Shown: positions 60,446-64,000 of the stretch, one piece after another
Layout: every line of letters begins with the position of its first letter
Position numbering within the stretch: position 1 is the first letter of the stretch
Assembly (NCBI GenBank): GCA_963789855.1
Contig: CAWBMM010000018.1
Location: forward strand, 736-64,735
DNA from: an uncultured Actinomycetota bacterium
GTDB taxonomy: Bacteria > Actinomycetota > Actinomycetes > JACCUZ01
Length of the DNA stretch: 64,000 nt
Direction: 5' to 3'
The notes under the pieces: model-generated
Seen by the model: the letters and a program-made list of their open reading frames with translations, nothing else
Told to the model about the DNA's origin: nothing
Database searches by the model: none
Made by a program: the position numbers and the translations under genes

Positions 60446-62605
60446 ATGGTCCAGAGCAGCAGTCCCGGAGCCGCCGGAGGTGCGCCGGAGGCCGACCAGC
60501 CCGGATCCGTGCGCAACGTCGTGCTGGTCGGCCACTCCGGGGCGGGCAAGACCTCGCTGGTCGAGGCGCTGCTGGCCGCGGCCGGCACCGTCACCCGGGC
60601 CGGACGGGTGGAGGACGGCACCACCGTCACCGACTTCGACGAGGCCGAGCACCGCCAGCAGCGCTCGATCTCCCTCGCGCTGGCCCCGCTCGTGCACGCG
60701 GGGGTCAAGGTCAACCTGCTGGACACCCCCGGCTACGCGGACTTCGTCGGCGACCTGCGGGCCGGCCTGCGCGCGGCCGACGCGGCCCTCTTCGTGGTCT
60801 CGGCGGTCGACGGGGTCGACGGCGCCACCCAGATGCTCTGGGAGGAGTGCGCCGTCGGTCGGCATGCCGCGCGCCGTGGTCGTGACGAAGCTGGACAAGG
60901 ACCGCGCCGACTTCGACGAGGCGGTGGCGATCTGCCAGCGGGTCTTCGGCGAGGGCGTCCTGCCGCTCTACCTGCCGATGGCCGCCGACGACGGCACCGC
61001 GGCCGGCGTGATCGGCCTGCTGGCCCGGAAGGTCGCCGACTACTCCAGCGGCACCCGGGTCGAGCGCGACCCGGACCCTCAGCACCTCCCGTTGATCGAC
61101 ACCGCGCGCAACGCGCTCATCGAGGGGATCATCGCCGAGTCCGAGGACGAGACGCTGATGGACCGCTACCTCGGCGGCGAGGACATCGACCTCAAGGTGC
61201 TCATCGACGACCTGGAGACCGCGGTCGCCCGCGGGTCCTTCTACCCGGTCGTGGCCGCCGCGGCGCCCAGCGGGCTCGGCAGCTCGAGCTGCTCGACCTC
61301 GTCACCCAGGCGTTCCCGTCGCCGCTGGAGCACGAGGTGCCCCCGGTGACCAGCCCCACCGGTGACCCGCGCGGCCCGTTGTCCTGCGACCCCTCCGGTC
61401 CCCTCGTCGCCGAGATCGTGAAGACCACCACCGACCCGTACGTCGGCCGGGTCTCCCTGGTCCGCGTCTTCTCCGGCACCCTGCGCCCGGACACCCCGGT
61501 GCACGTCTCGGGTCACCTCAACAGCTTCTTCGGCCCCGAGCACGGGCACGAGGACCACGACGTCGACGAGAAGGTCGGTGCCCTCACCTCGCCGCTGGGC
61601 AAGACCCAGCGGACCGTCTCCAGAGCGATCGCGGGTGACATCTGCGCGGTCGCCAAGCTGAGCCGGGCCGAGACCGGCGACACGCTCTCCGCCAAGGACG
61701 AGCCGCTGCTGATGGAGCCGTGGCTGATGCCCGACCCGCTGCTGCCGGTGGCGATCGTCGCGAAGTCCAAGGCCGACGAGGACAAGCTCTCGGTGGGCCT
61801 CGGCCGCCTCGTCGCCGAGGACCCGACGCTGACGCTGGAGAACAACGCCGAGACCCACCAGCTGGTGCTGTGGTGCATGGGCGAGGCGCACCTCGACGTG
61901 CTGCTCGACCGGCTGCGCACCCGCTACGGCGTCGACGTCGAGTCGGTGCCGCTGCGGGTCCAGCTGCGCGAGACCTTCGCCGGGAAGTCGACCGGTCACG
62001 GCCGGCACGTCAAGCAGTCCGGCGGCCACGGCCAGTACGCCGTCTGCGACATCGAGGTCGAGCCGCTGCCGTCCGGCGGCGGCTTCGAGTTCGTCGACAA
62101 GGTCGTCGGCGGCGCGGTGCCGCGGCAGTTCATCCCCTCGGTGGAGAAGGGCGTGCGCGCCCAGATGGAGCGCGGGGTGGCCGCCGGCTACCCGGTCGTC
62201 GACATCAAGGTGACGCTCACCGACGGCAAGGCGCACTCGGTCGACTCCTCGGACATGGCCTTCCAGATGGCCGGCGGCCTGGCCCTGAAGGAGGCCGCCA
62301 AGGCGACGACCGTGCACATGCTCGAGCCGGTCGACGAGCTGTCCGTGCTGGTGTCCGACGAGTACGTCGGTGCGGTCATGAGCGACCTGTCCACCCGCCG
62401 CGGCCGGGTCACCGGCACCGAGTCGGTCGGGAACGGCCGGTCGCTGGTCAAGGCCGAGATCCCGCAGGTCGAGATCACCCGGTACGCCGTCGACCTGCGC
62501 TCGCTCTCCCACGGCACCGGCACCTTCTCCCGCCACTACACCCGGCACGAGCCGATGCCGACCCAGATCGCGGCCAAGCTGCAGGCGGAGGCCGCCGAGC
62601 AGTGA
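60446..62605 (+). CDS. fusA2: Elongation factor G-like protein EF-G2 (local frameshifts)
   Basis: GHSGAGKT, DTPGYADF, TKLD, MGEAHLD, KQSGGHGQY, HSVDSSDMAF. Confidence 0.93.
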   Translation: MVQSSSPGAAGGAPEADQPGSVRNVVLVGHSGAGKTSLVEALLAAAGTVTRAGRVEDGTTVTDFDEAEHRQQRSISLALAPLVHAGVKVNLLDTPGYADFVGDLRAGLRAADAALFVVSAVDGVDGATQMLWEECAVGRHAARRGRDEAGQGPRRLRRGGGDLPAGLRRGRPAALPADGRRRRHRGRRDRPAGPEGRRLLQRHPGRARPGPSAPPVDRHRAQRAHRGDHRRVRGRDADGPLPRRRGHRPQGAHRRPGDRGRPRVLLPGRGRRGAQRARQLELLDLVTQAFPSPLEHEVPPVTSPTGDPRGPLSCDPSGPLVAEIVKTTTDPYVGRVSLVRVFSGTLRPDTPVHVSGHLNSFFGPEHGHEDHDVDEKVGALTSPLGKTQRTVSRAIAGDICAVAKLSRAETGDTLSAKDEPLLMEPWLMPDPLLPVAIVAKSKADEDKLSVGLGRLVAEDPTLTLENNAETHQLVLWCMGEAHLDVLLDRLRTRYGVDVESVPLRVQLRETFAGKSTGHGRHVKQSGGHGQYAVCDIEVEPLPSGGGFEFVDKVVGGAVPRQFIPSVEKGVRAQMERGVAAGYPVVDIKVTLTDGKAHSVDSSDMAFQMAGGLALKEAAKATTVHMLEPVDELSVLVSDEYVGAVMSDLSTRRGRVTGTESVGNGRSLVKAEIPQVEITRYAVDLRSLSHGTGTFSRHYTRHEPMPTQIAAKLQAEAAEQ

Positions 62606-63030
62606 CCCCGGAGGAGCTCGGACACGTCCGGCGGGCCCGCGACCTGATGGACCGGGAGTACGCGCGACCCCTCGACGTCCCGGCGATGGCCCGGGTCGCC
62701 CTGATGTCGCCGGCGCACTTCTCGCGGCAGTTCCGCGCGGCGTACGGCGAGACGCCGTACGGCTACCTGATGACCCGCCGGATCGAGCGCGCCAAGGCAC
62801 TGCTGCGCCGCGGCGACCTGTCGGTGACCGACGTGTGCATGGCGGTCGGCTGTACGTCGCTGGGGTCGTTCAGCTCCCGGTTCACCGAGGTCGTCGGCGA
62901 GTCGCCCAGCGCCTACCGGGCGCGGGACCACTCGGGGGCGGGCGCCGTCCCGTCCTGCGTCGCGACGGTCTGGAGCAGGCCGGCTCGAACGAGCAGGAAC
63001 GGAGAAGCCGGCAGCCGGTCAGGCACCTAG
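62602..63030 (+). CDS. AraC-family HTH regulator
   Basis: RARDLMDREY, SPAHFSRQF, GCTSLGSFSSRF. Confidence 0.9.
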   Translation: MTPEELGHVRRARDLMDREYARPLDVPAMARVALMSPAHFSRQFRAAYGETPYGYLMTRRIERAKALLRRGDLSVTDVCMAVGCTSLGSFSSRFTEVVGESPSAYRARDHSGAGAVPSCVATVWSRPARTSRNGEAGSRSGT

Positions 63031-63039
63031 CGTTGTGCC

Positions 63040-63459
63040 ATGACCATCTCCCTCTCCCACAGCTTCGTCCTCGTCAACGACCAGGACGAGGCGCTGTCCT
63101 TCTACCGTGACGTGCTCGGCCTCGAGCTGCGCACCGACGCACCCTTCGACAGCTTCCGCTGGCTGACCGTCGGGCCGCCTGGCGACCCGGGCACCGAGAT
63201 CGTGCTGGCGCACCCGTCGATGGGCCACTCCCCCGAGGACACCACGGCCCTCGCCGGCCTCGTCGCCAAGGGCGCCATGTCCACCGTCATCTTCCGGGTC
63301 GACGACGTCGACACCATGTTCGAGAAGATCCGGGCCTCCGGCGCCGAGGTGCTGCAGGAGCCGATCGACCAGCCGTACGGCGTCCGCGACTTCGCGTTCC
63401 GCGACCCGTCGGGCAACCACATCCGGTTCAGCGGCGGCAGCGCCGGCAGCGCCGGCTGA
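63040..63459 (+). CDS. VOC family protein
   Basis: DQDEALSFYRDVLG, QEPIDQPYGVRDFAFRDPSGN. Confidence 0.9.
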   Translation: MTISLSHSFVLVNDQDEALSFYRDVLGLELRTDAPFDSFRWLTVGPPGDPGTEIVLAHPSMGHSPEDTTALAGLVAKGAMSTVIFRVDDVDTMFEKIRASGAEVLQEPIDQPYGVRDFAFRDPSGNHIRFSGGSAGSAG

Positions 63460-63469
63460 CCCGGACGGG

Positions 63470-64000
63470 TCAGACCCAGGCGTCGGCCAGCAGGTCGCGG
63501 GTCTCGGCCAGCAGCTGCGGGATGACCTTGGTGCCCGCCAGCACGGTGATGAAGTTCGCGTCGCCGCCCCAGCGGGGCACCACGTGCTGGTGCAGGTGGT
63601 CGGCCAGCGAGCCGCCCGCCACGTTGCCCAGGTTGAGGCCCACGTTGAAGCCGTGCGGCGCCGATGCGGCGCGCACCGCCTCGACCGCCCGGCGGGTGAA
63701 CGTCATGACCTCGACCGTCTCCTCGGCGGTCAGCTCGTCGAGCCCTGCGACATGGCGGTAGGGCACGACCATCAGGTGACCGGGGTTGTACGGGTGCAGG
63801 TTGAGGACGGCGTACACCGTCTCGCCGCGCGCCACGACCAGCCCGGTGCGGTCGTCGAGGGTGGGGATGCGGCAGAACGGGCAGCCACCGTCGTCCTCGC
63901 GACCGGTGCCCTCGTCGCCCTTGATGTACGCCAGCCGGTGCGGAGCCCACAGCCGCTGCAGCCGGTCGGGCGTGCCGACCCCCTCCTGCGCGACCAGCTC
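63470..64000 (-). CDS. HIT-family Ap4A phosphorylase-like protein (start beyond the right edge)
   Basis: LQRLWAPHRLAYI, CPFC, LNLHPYNPGHLMVVPYRH, HLHQHVVPRW. Confidence 0.9.
   Translation of the reverse strand, partial: ELVAQEGVGTPDRLQRLWAPHRLAYIKGDEGTGREDDGGCPFCRIPTLDDRTGLVVARGETVYAVLNLHPYNPGHLMVVPYRHVAGLDELTAEETVEVMTFTRRAVEAVRAASAPHGFNVGLNLGNVAGGSLADHLHQHVVPRWGGDANFITVLAGTKVIPQLLAETRDLLADAWV

Overview
High-GC actinobacterial chromosome segment. The consensus is indel-rich: essential genes such as alaS, relA and secD are frameshifted, which suggests long-read or MAG sequencing error. From left to right: (1) a minus-strand type IVa pilus locus (PilX-like, PilW-like, a large minor pilin, three PilA-like pilins, pilC, pilT, pilB), headed by a roadblock/MglB-like, DUF4388, MglA-like GTPase and small-ORF module; (2) conserved housekeeping blocks (aroE-mltG-ruvX-alaS, rarA, aspS-hisS, ppiB, DUF349, relA-apt-secFD-yajC-ruvBAC, yebC-pdxT-pdxS, pimA-patA-pgsA, fusA2, HIT); (3) a myo-inositol catabolic operon with a GntR regulator; (4) accessory insertions. 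Main non-coding signals: a c-di-GMP-I-like riboswitch ahead of the first pilin, a decayed copy of it ahead of the duplicated second pilin, and a recurring sigma28/WhiG-type promoter (CTCAAG-N15-[G/A][C/T]CGA) at four pilus-locus sites and at a distant secreted metalloprotease. An AbiEi/DUF559-like nuclease gene is bracketed by two related 57-nt hairpins, several long REP-like inverted repeats sit in intergenic gaps, and tandem operators precede a split ClpC2-like gene pair. All family assignments come from motif recognition, not database searches.
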